In this document: in pieces, positions 30,294 through 38,920 of the stretch
How the letters are laid out: the number at the start of each line of letters is the position of its first letter
How positions within the stretch are numbered: the first letter of the stretch is position 1
From: a virus
Taxonomy: Duplodnaviria; Heunggongvirae; Uroviricota; Caudoviricetes
Length of the DNA stretch: 64,000 bases
Strand: one strand, 5' to 3'
Virus record (IMG/VR): IMGVR_UViG_2675903675_000001
Span: 1-64,000 of that record
Made by a program: the position numbers and the translations under genes
Notes under the pieces: model-generated
Databases searched by the model: none
The model's input: only the letters and a program-made list of their open reading frames with translations
Told to the model about the DNA's origin: nothing

Positions 30294-30860
30294 TCAGAAA
30301 CGGTAACCAACGCCAAGATTAAAGCCATTAATAGAATGACTGCCATTCATATCAATCTTCGTACCTTCATAGCCTAAGTTAACAGATACATTTTTGATTG
30401 GATTAATGACAATTCCCGCACCGTAAGCGAAATTGGTTTTTGTGGTAGATGCTGATTCATACTCATAATAACCTTGCTCTTTATAAGAACTTTCCACATC
30501 AGCTTTCATGCGCGCAGCACCAATTAATCCATATAAACTAACATAGTCATTAATACGATACGCAGGCCCTGCAAGTAATGAATAATATTTCAGATCTGCT
30601 TTAGCTTTTAAATAGTCACCCATGTCATTGCTTTCATGAGCAGAATCATCACCCTTCATATAAGTGAATGAACCAACAATACTGACAGGTGAATCCCACT
30701 CATAACGATACTGTAAATTTACGCCATGAATATTTTTAAAATCTTGGACTTTACTCTGAGCATAACCTATAGATACCGTTTGATTGTCAGCGTAAGCCAT
30801 ACTTCCAAACAAGCACCCTGCAACAATAATTGCTGATAAATATTTATTTTTTGTATTCAT
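30294..30860 (-). CDS. Ail/Lom/OmpX-family outer-membrane beta-barrel protein
   Basis: ATG at 30860 on the minus strand; signal peptide 'MNTKNKYLSAIIVAGCLFGSMAYA'; alternating amphipathic strands and a C-terminal 'GVGYRF' ending in Phe, typical of 8-strand OMPs of the Ail/Lom/PagC family. Confidence 0.75.
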   Translation of the reverse strand: MNTKNKYLSAIIVAGCLFGSMAYADNQTVSIGYAQSKVQDFKNIHGVNLQYRYEWDSPVSIVGSFTYMKGDDSAHESNDMGDYLKAKADLKYYSLLAGPAYRINDYVSLYGLIGAARMKADVESSYKEQGYYEYESASTTKTNFAYGAGIVINPIKNVSVNLGYEGTKIDMNGSHSINGFNLGVGYRF

Positions 30861-31359
30861 GTTTAATGTAATCCATTGATTTAAAATTAATAAAAATAAA
30901 ACAACCACTAAAAACTACTAACAATTAAGAATAAATTAAATCATTACATAATGTTATTATCAATGTATTTTTGTGATTTAGTGTAAAAAATACAAGATGT
31001 TTATTTTGTATTACTTAGTTGTTTTTGTTCTGATATAAGAATGATCTTTTTTGTTTTGGCTTAATTTTCCAAGCCGCCGTCTCAGGTTTAATCTCTAAGA
31101 GACAATGAACGCGATAAACTAGTTTATGTTTAAAGGGGGAGCCTTGGAATATTAGTCGGAAATAGAATTCCCAGAAACTTGACTGAAGTGAGTCAAAAAC
31201 TGCTCCTTACTTAAAGAAACTGGCATTGTTTTTTCTTATAAAAACTAACGTTTTGACGATTGAAATAAATACCTTTATTTGCTTATTGTCAGCCTTTTTT
31301 TACATGTGAAAATAAAATCAATAAGAAATTGATATTAATTACATGATGAGGTTAACAAT

Positions 31360-33051
31360 ATGGGCACTTTAGTTGCTTCCACCGCTGATTTACTGTTCCA
31401 ACAAAACGATGTGGCTTTCCGTGAGGAAGTTAATCAAATCAGAAGCGTGATTGCCGAGTATCAACGTGAAGAAGCTGAACGTGAAATGCTTCATAAAATC
31501 TTATTTTCTGGTGATCGAGTTTCTAAGATTAATCAGTTATTAGATGAAGCATCAAAACCTGGTGAAAGAAATTCAGGTTTTTACCGATTACCCAATCAAA
31601 TTGACTTCGATTATGTTCGTTCAAATTTAAGAGCGCAGTATTGGCAAAAGGTTGTCGATATGACAAACGTTCTTCAACTAATGCCAGCAAACCGTCGTGA
31701 GCAGTGGAGAAGCCAATTCATTGAAGGCAAAATGACGCTGGATAATCCGCTAGAACATGGTAAACGTCGCGTTACAGGTGATTATGTTGGTGTGCCTGAG
31801 TTTAATGAGAATACGGTAGTTCCAACGCTTTTAGGTTTGCTAAACGACAGAAACATGTATTTGAATGAGCGTGTTTATAATGTGTTCAGCGTTCTAAGCC
31901 CTAAGCACAAAACTAATAAAAGCTATGGCTTTTCTGAAAAATTGATTGTCGCCGACGTGGTATCACAGTTTTGGGGCAACAGCGTTTGGCTGAATACCTA
32001 TCGAGAAGACAACATTGACGATCTAAGAATGACATTGCGGTTCTTCGCTCACGGTAGATTTGGTCGCGTTCAGAGTTTGAAGGATGTGTTGAGTAAAGTA
32101 TACACGGACGGTAATGTTGGAAAGTGGGCTTCAATTGACGGCAATGTGATGCGTGTGAAGATGTTTAAGAATGGCAATTTACATATTGAAATTCACCCTG
32201 ACGTTGCATGGCGGCTCAACGAAGTGCTGGCGGCATCATTACCGTACGCAATCCCATCCGAATTTAGAAGTGTACCTAATTCACGTTCAGCGGTGAAAGA
32301 TTTTGGGGAAATTATCCATATCTTAGATGAAGATATGATATCGCTAATCGCCAACACCTACATAGATAAGAAAACAGGCAAATACAAGTGTTTGGATAAC
32401 AACTGGAACCGCCACAAAGCATCACATAAAGAATATAATTCGATTATGCAAAAGTTAGGAGGCGAGTTCGATCCTGAGATTAAATCATGGTCATTTAGTT
32501 ATGATTTTGATTGTGTGAGAGGTTACATTGTCGAAAATCGTTCAATGCCAGATCAGAAAAGTTACCAGTTCTACCCTACACCGGAGACTATTCAAGTTTA
32601 CGTTTCGGATTTAATCACGTTACAGGACGACGAAACCCTATTAGAGCCATCAGCAGGACGGGGTGACTTGATTTCACCAATAAACCAACCAGAGCAAACA
32701 ACGTGTATTGAGCTTTCCCCTTTGTTCTGCCAGATATTAAAGTCAAAAGGGTATGAGTCAATCAATGAAGACTTTTTGAAATGGTCGAGTAATAACGAAG
32801 GCGTTTATTTTGATAAAATAGCCATGAACCCACCTTACTCAGAAGGTAGAGCAAAGGTCCATGTGAAAGCGGCAATCAGTCATTTAAAATCAGGTGGTCG
32901 TTGTGTTGCGGTTGTACCCGGAAGTGAGCGTATGGATTGGGTTGATAAGTCGCTATACTCGGTTGAGGACTGCGCCACGTTCAGTAATGAATTTGAAGAC
33001 ACAGGCGTAACAGTGAAAGTATTTACGATAGATAAGCGTCGGAAATTATAG
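31360..33051 (+). CDS. 563-aa protein with a C-terminal gamma-class-like SAM methyltransferase domain (motif X 'FYPTP', motif I 'LLEPSAGRGDL', motif IV 'NPPY'); the N-terminal 400 aa are unknown
   Basis: Motif order X-I-IV within residues about 405-500 as in gamma-type N6-adenine/N4-cytosine MTases; only about 50 aa follow NPPY, so no C-terminal TRD. Confidence 0.6.
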   Translation: MGTLVASTADLLFQQNDVAFREEVNQIRSVIAEYQREEAEREMLHKILFSGDRVSKINQLLDEASKPGERNSGFYRLPNQIDFDYVRSNLRAQYWQKVVDMTNVLQLMPANRREQWRSQFIEGKMTLDNPLEHGKRRVTGDYVGVPEFNENTVVPTLLGLLNDRNMYLNERVYNVFSVLSPKHKTNKSYGFSEKLIVADVVSQFWGNSVWLNTYREDNIDDLRMTLRFFAHGRFGRVQSLKDVLSKVYTDGNVGKWASIDGNVMRVKMFKNGNLHIEIHPDVAWRLNEVLAASLPYAIPSEFRSVPNSRSAVKDFGEIIHILDEDMISLIANTYIDKKTGKYKCLDNNWNRHKASHKEYNSIMQKLGGEFDPEIKSWSFSYDFDCVRGYIVENRSMPDQKSYQFYPTPETIQVYVSDLITLQDDETLLEPSAGRGDLISPINQPEQTTCIELSPLFCQILKSKGYESINEDFLKWSSNNEGVYFDKIAMNPPYSEGRAKVHVKAAISHLKSGGRCVAVVPGSERMDWVDKSLYSVEDCATFSNEFEDTGVTVKVFTIDKRRKL

Positions 33052-33339
33052 AGCGAAATAGCCACGTCAAAGGTGTTGACGTAAAATCTGTCATATTGAC
33101 GTTTTCTATAAGTGCGAATTGACTATCATTTTAAGCCTCTTTTTGAGGTTTTTTTGTTAATTAAATCAAGTAGTTGAGTATGTGTAAGAGTGCGAAAGCC
33201 TAGATCAACGTAAAGTCAACGAAAAAGTGACTTTTGAAGAGCAAAAAGTTGATCTATTTACAAACCAATTCTTACACAATTAAAACCAGAATTGGAGGCT
33301 CAGCGAACAAACAAATTAAATAGAATAAATCTAAAACGC

Positions 33340-34060
33340 CACCCAAAGATGACCCAACAAATCCACCCTAAATTCATTCCTGAACATTGCGGAATATCAA
33401 CCAACCAAAGAACCCAAAGAGCAGCCCAAAGCAAACCGCAAATAACAACCCACCTAACTACACCAGGTTAAATGACCCACCTAATATCCAAAGGCAACCA
33501 ACCAAAGTTTCCAAGGCGATTAACACTCCGCAAGAAAAACCTAGAAGAGACAAACAATCAATAAATCCCAATACGTCACCACCAACAGTAACAACAACTA
33601 AGAGTGAACGAAAACAAAGGGAAAGCCCACACGTCAACCATCACAGCAAGGAATAAGCCATAGATAAACAATCCCACTAAGCAAACCGCAAAGATAACTA
33701 AATAATACAATTTCCCAATACGTCATCACTAACAGCAATAAGAAAACAAGAGAAGCAACCAAACAACCACAGCAAGCAATAACCCAATAGAACACCCATA
33801 GAGACAACCAACAATCAAACGCAGATACAAGCCATTACAGGAAGCATTACACGCAATACATTAAAAGCAACCCCATAGGAAGAACCGCAGTAAAGAACGA
33901 AAGTAACCTCGTAGGAAGATAAGCAGTAAGACAGCGGATATTGTTATAGGAAATACAGCCCTTAAAACGGAGACAGTTGAACGTTTAAGACAGCAAATAT
34001 TCAGAGGAGTAAGTCAGGAAGGTAGGACAGAAGATAAGTTAGGAAGTATAAGGCGGTAAA
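33340..34060 (+). other. T-depleted noncoding block: about 450 nt A+C-rich (33400-33840), then about 220 nt A+G-rich (33840-34060); no ORF on either strand
   Basis: Hand counts give 4-12 T per 60 nt, about 10-13% against about 30% elsewhere; G is also very low in the first part; nine GGA/AGGA motifs in the purine-rich part. Confidence 0.8.
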
Positions 34061-34069
34061 AAGTGAAGC

Positions 34070-34450
34070 GGGCGCGTTCAATCGCCGTATTTATCGGTCA
34101 TATCATTAGCCTTTACCTCAGCCAGCCGACGGGAAGCTCCCTACGGTTGGAAACGGGAAACGGCGGCGAATTCCCTTCGGTCGGCTTCGGGAAACGGCGA
34201 GCAATCGGTACTATGGAAAAACGTGTCGGCGGAAAGTTGTCCCGAGAAAATCGGTAGAGATGAGAAATTCTGATTAGCGGCAAATTCACCGCTAGACAAT
34301 AAGGGAGAAGTGGCTTGTTTGCATCAAGCGCCTAGCAGCACATTCACATACCATATTATACACGACCCTCAGAGGGTGGAGTAACGAAATAAGTCGGTCT
34401 TGGTTCCCCTTCGGCTACCTTCGGTTACCGTCGGTTCAATTTAACCTAAC
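34070..34450 (+). ncRNA. GC-rich, UUCG-tetraloop-rich candidate structured RNA/DNA element
   Basis: At least four local hairpins with cTTCGg loops (e.g. 'cccttcggtcggcttcggg', 'ccccttcggctaccttcggttaccgtcgg') and the motif TTCGGGAAACGG, which also appears in each 33-bp repeat at 38247-38399. Confidence 0.3.
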
Positions 34451-34452
34451 TT

Positions 34453-34560
34453 TGCCTGTTGATAGTTCTCTACGCCTTGTTGATTTAATTTCCTGCCTAT
34501 TTGAATGCTTCATAATTATCTCATCGAAACAAAAACAACGAATTTAAAATTAAGGATTTC
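34453..34560 (+). promoter_or_regulatory. promoter/leader module P2 (copy 1), duplicated at 34932-35040
   Basis: About 95-nt near-identical block 'gcctgttgatagtt...cataattatctcatcgaaacaaaaacaacgaattYaaa' followed by an AAGGA RBS. Confidence 0.6.
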
Positions 34561-34562
34561 AC

Positions 34563-34814
34563 ATGAGTAAATTAATTAACTGTCGTACAGCACGTTTATA
34601 TCAAGCAGGTCATGAGTTGGACGAAGCGGTAAAGCGTGGCGCAAATGCCAACTTATTTATGCAATATGACGAAAAGTACAAAGGTGGCTCAATTCCCTAT
34701 CATGACCTGTATGGAACAACACCAACTAAGCCGTATAGCTGTGAATATCATACAGGCGGTCGTATGGGGGAGCAGTTGAGACAAGGGGCAAGTAGTAGAC
34801 GAGATCATCAGTAA
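34563..34814 (+). CDS. hypothetical small protein (83 aa)
   Basis: RBS 'aaggatttcacATG'; own promoter module and own terminator. Confidence 0.55.
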   Translation: MSKLINCRTARLYQAGHELDEAVKRGANANLFMQYDEKYKGGSIPYHDLYGTTPTKPYSCEYHTGGRMGEQLRQGASSRRDHQ

Positions 34815-34848
34815 ATAATTTTAGATGCGCCTTGTATCAGGGAAACAG

Positions 34849-34873
34849 AGTGGACTTCGGTCCACTTTTTTTA
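34849..34873 (+). terminator. UUCG-tetraloop rho-independent terminator (module T, copy 1)
   Basis: agtggac-ttcg-gtccact followed by T7; the whole block 34818-34875 is duplicated at 35806-35865. Confidence 0.8.
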
Positions 34874-35040
34874 ATTGCGCTAACCTTCGACAATAACATC
34901 GATAAGAAAACAATTTCATTGTGATAAATTTGCCTGTTGATAGTTTTCTTCGCCTTTCTTATTTAGTTCTACGCCTACTTGATTCCGTCATAATTATCTC
35001 ATCGAAACAAAAACAACGAATTCAAATAAAGGATCACAAG

Positions 35041-35802
35041 ATGGAATTTTTATACGGCATTGATCAAAAAACTAAAGAACGTTTTGTTATTATCGGTTAT
35101 CAGTGTGATTTGAGTTCTAGTGACGACAAAGAGCAAAAAACACTTAGCCAATACAACAAAGTATTATCGAAGATTAATAGCATTGAAAGTCCAGCGGTTG
35201 GCAAAGATGCGATGTTATTGATTAGCAAAAACAGGAATGAGGCATCAGAAAAGGTAGATAAATTATTCAACAAGCTGTTTTCCGGCATTAATGATGAATT
35301 GGACTTTGAGAAAGCAAAAGAAAAATTAGTCGGGACAAAAAATGGTAGACGTTGGAAAAAAGCTCATGAGGGAATGATAGCCAGTTTTAACAAATCTACA
35401 GACGCGGCTAGTATAGGTGGAAAGAGACAAATTGCGGATTGGAATAAGCTAGAAAAAAGAGCTAAAAAAATAATAAACGGAGCTAATTGCAAATCTGTTA
35501 ATGCGGCCATAATTGCAAAATTTGAGCGTGACGACAGTTTAAGGGTTTTGTTTGTAGATGAACAAATGATTTCAGATTTTTACCACTCTCACAACAGAGT
35601 CCCAGATTTTAAAAATTTGTTATGTGAAGGGTTGTTAGTTGAAGATGCTTTTTTATGTTGTCAGCCAAGGTTTGGGAAGTACAACTTTGATGTGAATTTA
35701 AGTCACTCGTCGGGCGGTGTTGTGAAAAACAAAGTGACAGTTCATTTTCTTCATGGTGAGTCTTACATTGATGACAACGGCTGCATTCAAGTAGGTGGTT
35801 GA
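35041..35802 (+). CDS. hypothetical protein (253 aa)
   Basis: ATG 35041 preceded by the duplicated leader and AAGGA; the upstream part of the track ORF is the promoter duplicate and is not coding. Confidence 0.55.
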   Translation: MEFLYGIDQKTKERFVIIGYQCDLSSSDDKEQKTLSQYNKVLSKINSIESPAVGKDAMLLISKNRNEASEKVDKLFNKLFSGINDELDFEKAKEKLVGTKNGRRWKKAHEGMIASFNKSTDAASIGGKRQIADWNKLEKRAKKIINGANCKSVNAAIIAKFERDDSLRVLFVDEQMISDFYHSHNRVPDFKNLLCEGLLVEDAFLCCQPRFGKYNFDVNLSHSSGGVVKNKVTVHFLHGESYIDDNGCIQVGG

Positions 35803-35836
35803 TAGATTTTAGATGCGTCTTGCATCAGAGAAACAG

Positions 35837-35861
35837 AGTGGGCTTCGGCTCACTTTTTTTA
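35837..35861 (+). terminator. UUCG-tetraloop rho-independent terminator (module T, copy 2)
   Basis: agtgggc-ttcg-gctcact followed by T8. Confidence 0.8.
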
Positions 35862-35969
35862 ATTGAGTCAACCGACGGGAATAACATCGATAAGAAAACA
35901 ATTTCATTGTGATAAATTTACCGTTAAGATATCGGCGTTATTTACACAATCATCGATAAGGAAATCGAT

Positions 35970-36407
35970 ATGCCTATTTTCAAAAAAGAAAACGTTAAAA
36001 TCGACCTCTACTACGCTTCCGGTAAACACGAAGAAAGCGGCAGTAAAGTTGCAGAGGCGACTATCCTCATTAACAACCGCGAAGACAATACTGAAATTGC
36101 GGCAATCACTCTTCGTCGTGCAACTGACAAGGCTCGTAAACAAACCTACGGCATGGGTTCTGTTCGCATGGAATTCGGGGCTGATAAATTTACAAACGCC
36201 GTCCATCAGCATTTCTGCGCCGATATTGAGAAACGCTTCAAGGAAGTGATGAGTGAGGTGAATGATTTCTTCGAGAGCGGTTTGGACAGTTCTACTTGGA
36301 TCGGAGCTTTCGGTTTGAAAATCTTCTCAGATGCCGAAGCTGGCGCTCTTCTCCCCGAGTCGGTGATTAATCTGCTTACCGATGGCACGGCGGAAGTAAC
36401 CGAATAA
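35970..36407 (+). CDS. hypothetical protein (145 aa)
   Basis: RBS 'aaggaaatcgatATG'; preceded by module P1 (caataacatcgataagaaaacaatttcattgtgataaattt), which is also present at 34891-34931. Confidence 0.55.
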   Translation: MPIFKKENVKIDLYYASGKHEESGSKVAEATILINNREDNTEIAAITLRRATDKARKQTYGMGSVRMEFGADKFTNAVHQHFCADIEKRFKEVMSEVNDFFESGLDSSTWIGAFGLKIFSDAEAGALLPESVINLLTDGTAEVTE

Positions 36408-36431
36408 CACCTGCGGTTCCCGAAGGTCTAA

Positions 36432-36460
36432 AGCGCGGTCTTGCACACTGCGCTTTTTTA
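36432..36460 (+). terminator. rho-independent terminator
   Basis: agcgc-13-nt loop-gcgct followed by T6. Confidence 0.5.
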
Positions 36461-36550
36461 TTTGTGCCCTTTCGTTAATCCTTTTGTGCCTATCTGCTGG
36501 TGGCAAAATACATCCATCAAAACGAGAAACATAAATAAAAGGATTACAGT

Positions 36551-36871
36551 ATGAGCAACGAATTAACCACCACCATTAACACAATCTTTCCTGATGACTG
36601 TCGTGAAATTGAAGTAGGCGAAAGGTTGCTTCATGTGGAGATTGGCAAATCTTTATTTGAACTGGTGGAGGAAGAAGTTTACCGCAAAAACAGTAATGAA
36701 CTGATTGATTCACGGATAGCCATGATCCGCAAAAACTGGAATGGCAGAAGTTACACAACTTCAACGGTAAGACATTTTCCACAAAGCCAACGTGACCAAG
36801 CGATTAATGAGTTTTTGGCGGTAACACAATGGGCGTTAGTGGAAGCGGCACAACAAAAGTTGTCGAAATAA
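36551..36871 (+). CDS. hypothetical protein (106 aa)
   Basis: RBS 'aaggattacagtATG'; upstream 'ctatctgctggtggcaaaatacatc' is shared with the promoter of the 37799 gene. Confidence 0.55.
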   Translation: MSNELTTTINTIFPDDCREIEVGERLLHVEIGKSLFELVEEEVYRKNSNELIDSRIAMIRKNWNGRSYTTSTVRHFPQSQRDQAINEFLAVTQWALVEAAQQKLSK

Positions 36872-36974
36872 CCGAATTAACGTGGGTGACACTGGACGTC
36901 GCTCATTGAAGAATTTGTAATGCTGTGAAATAACAGGGACGTCCTTTAAGATATTCATTCCCGACCAATTGGTC

Positions 36975-36999
36975 TGCCATCTTCGGGTGGCTTTTTTTT
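36975..36999 (+). terminator. rho-independent terminator (UUCG loop)
   Basis: tgccatc-ttcg-ggtggc followed by T8. Confidence 0.5.
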
Positions 37000-37159
37000 G
37001 GTTAATATCCGCCGAAGGGTAAATAAACACAATGCCTAGCTCCCATAGTATTTAATAGATTTATTTCAATCCCGTTGGTAAAAACTATTTCGCCTTTTCC
37101 TACATGTAATAATTACTTCATTAAGAAATACAACTAAACAAATTAATGGAGTAAACAGT

Positions 37160-37534
37160 ATGAGCAATATCGTTAAGAAATTCGAAAAGGCAATTGTAGC
37201 TTGTTTTAGTGACGCTAAGGTGACGGTTGTTTTCCCGTTCAACGATAAAATTCGCCGTTCTAAAAATCTTGATTTTGATCTATCTTATCAAACTTCCAGT
37301 GAGCTAATTGCGGTTGCAGAAGAACGCGGGGTAAAATTGTCGGTAGATGATATTGTTCATCTCGTTAACTGTCGGATCTCTCACGTCTCTTCTATTTATC
37401 AAGATGTTGAGATTGAGGATGTTGAGCTAAAGCTCAGGGACGGGTCAACTAAACTAACTCGCACTCTCAGAACGCCTAGTATGACTTTAAGTAATTATGA
37501 TCGCAGTCATATTCGCATTTTGAGTGGCGCGTAA
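37160..37534 (+). CDS. hypothetical protein (124 aa)
   Basis: Leader 'cattaagaaatacaactaaacaaattaatggagtaaacagtATG' is nearly identical to the leader of the 37799 gene. Confidence 0.55.
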   Translation: MSNIVKKFEKAIVACFSDAKVTVVFPFNDKIRRSKNLDFDLSYQTSSELIAVAEERGVKLSVDDIVHLVNCRISHVSSIYQDVEIEDVELKLRDGSTKLTRTLRTPSMTLSNYDRSHIRILSGA

Positions 37535-37562
37535 CTCTCAGCTTAAACACCAGCCAACACAA

Positions 37563-37582
37563 AGCGGCTAACGCCGCTTTTC
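37563..37582 (+). terminator. rho-independent terminator
   Basis: agcggc-taac-gccgct followed by tttt. Confidence 0.5.
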
Positions 37583-37584
37583 AA

Positions 37585-37656
37585 CCCACCTCTTTTAATC
37601 AGGCAAACAACCCACCTCTTTTAATCAGGCAAACAGCCCACCTCTTTTTATCAGGC
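37585..37656. repeat. 24-bp tandem direct repeat x3 (caacccacctcttttaatcaggcaaa)
   Basis: Units at 37585-37608 and 37609-37632 are identical; 37633-37656 has 4 mismatches. Confidence 0.85.
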
Positions 37657-37798
37657 GTTTAATCTAGAAGCCGTAGGTAGCCTAAGATGTGGTGAATATA
37701 ATCTCAAGACCCGTCAATCATTACTTTTTGCCCTATCTGCTGGTGGCATAATTACATCATTAAGAAAAACAACTAAATAAATTAATGGAGCAAACAAT

Positions 37799-38104
37799 AT
37801 GCGACCTAATGCCTATAGCCACAGCCACGTAAACAACCTTTTTCTCGATAACGCTCAGTTAGAACGTGAGCAACTTTTGGATGCGGCAATTGAAAAGCAG
37901 ATTATAGAAAGTCGCGACAATCTTCACCGCAAGATACGATTGGCTGACCGCATTCGTAACGCCAATGATGAAACTAAACGTCCGTCTGCTTGTGAGAAGA
38001 TTACACTGGTCGCCTTTTCTCTGAACAAAGAGCCGCTGTATTCCGATGGTGAGTCGTTCTATACGCTTGATAAGCAATTCAATCGAACCCTATTTAGTCT
38101 GTAA
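37799..38104 (+). CDS. hypothetical protein (101 aa)
   Basis: Duplicated leader and RBS GGAG; promoter-like 'tgccctatctgctggtggcataattacatc' (TGn-CATAAT extended -10) upstream. Confidence 0.55.
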   Translation: MRPNAYSHSHVNNLFLDNAQLEREQLLDAAIEKQIIESRDNLHRKIRLADRIRNANDETKRPSACEKITLVAFSLNKEPLYSDGESFYTLDKQFNRTLFSL

Positions 38105-38129
38105 CGTTGTGTGTGTTGTGTGTAATTAA

Positions 38130-38157
38130 GATGCGGGGTTGCTCCCGCATCTTTTTG
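38130..38157 (+). terminator. rho-independent terminator
   Basis: gatgcggg-gttgct-cccgcatc followed by T5. Confidence 0.75.
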
Positions 38158-38246
38158 TTCCAGAGTTTGCCGTCGGTAGCCTTCGAGTGATAGCCGGACA
38201 GATTTGCGGTTTGCGTCGGGCAGCGGTTGCGCCGTCGGCTGGTGGT

Positions 38247-38399
38247 GGTTTCGGGAAACGGGTAGAAAAGGCAATGGTAGGTTTCGGGAAACGGGTAGAA
38301 AAGGCAATGGTAGGTTTCGGGAAACGGGTAGAAAAGGCAATGGTAGGTTTCGGGAAACGGGTAGAAACGGCAGTTGTCGGTTTCGGGAAACGGGGCGAG
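38247..38399. repeat. 33-bp tandem direct repeat, about 4.6 copies (ggtttcgggaaacgggtagaaaaggcaatggta)
   Basis: Copies at 38247, 38280 and 38313 are identical; 38346 is diverged; a partial unit at 38379; no intervening spacers. Confidence 0.9.
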
Positions 38400-38439
38400 T
38401 TTCGCCTCATGCGAACGATGAGGAAAGTTAAATGAGACT

Positions 38440-38550
38440 GATTGTTATTTGATGGATTATCTCATTTGAGGGTTGCCCTTGTTTGATGACTATTCTCATT
38501 TGAGAACCGTCCTTATTTGAGAACCTCCCTTATTTGAGAATTAATCTCAA
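38440..38550. repeat. cluster of 5 degenerate [T]ATTTGAG[A] 9-mers at roughly 20-bp spacing, followed by an AT-rich stretch
   Basis: 'ctcatttgagg', 'ctcatttgagaa', 'cttatttgagaa', 'cttatttgagaa', 'tctcaatacg'-type repeats visible between 38451 and 38545. Confidence 0.6.
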
Positions 38551-38920
38551 TACGTGTTTTTCTATAGATAAACTATGGCTTAACTATCTAGCCAAACAAG
38601 CAAAATAAGAAGGTAATAAAGGGAAATACTTATTTGTTTAAACGAACTATAATCCAATTTAAGCGATTTTGTAATTAAGTAATGCAATTTATCATTTGAT
38701 TAAATAAAGTCGCTTAGAATCGCTCTGGCTGGCTCTGTTTAGTGGTGTTATGTCGTTTGATGCAAGCAATTATAACCAGCCAACGAAAATAAACGCTGTA
38801 AGCCAGTGTAAGCGCGTGAATTGTTTAAGCAGTGCAATAGTGCGAAAAGCGCAAAAAAATGATTGTGGTGTGATTGGTGGAGTATAACGCGGATTGTAGT
38901 CTAGCGGCGTGAGCGACGAA

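Noticed and set aside
33387-33656. 89-aa ORF inside the T-depleted block
   Set aside because: Low-complexity Pro/Asn/Lys/Thr peptide that follows from AC-only codons; no RBS; ORFs are expected by chance where T, and hence stop codons, are rare.
33340-34060. Retron msr/msd or DGR template as an explanation for the skewed region
   Set aside because: No reverse transcriptase gene in the window, and no flanking a1/a2 inverted repeats or TR/VR pair recognised.
38247-38399. Possible CRISPR array (regular 33-bp repeats)
   Set aside because: Units are directly contiguous with no unique spacers, and there are no cas genes in the window; it is a simple tandem repeat.
38059-38435. Four overlapping ORFs (both strands) of 75-98 aa across the repeat region
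   Set aside because: Their repetitive peptide sequences are just translations of the 33-bp tandem repeat in different frames. They have no RBS and are flanked by a terminator, so they were judged spurious.
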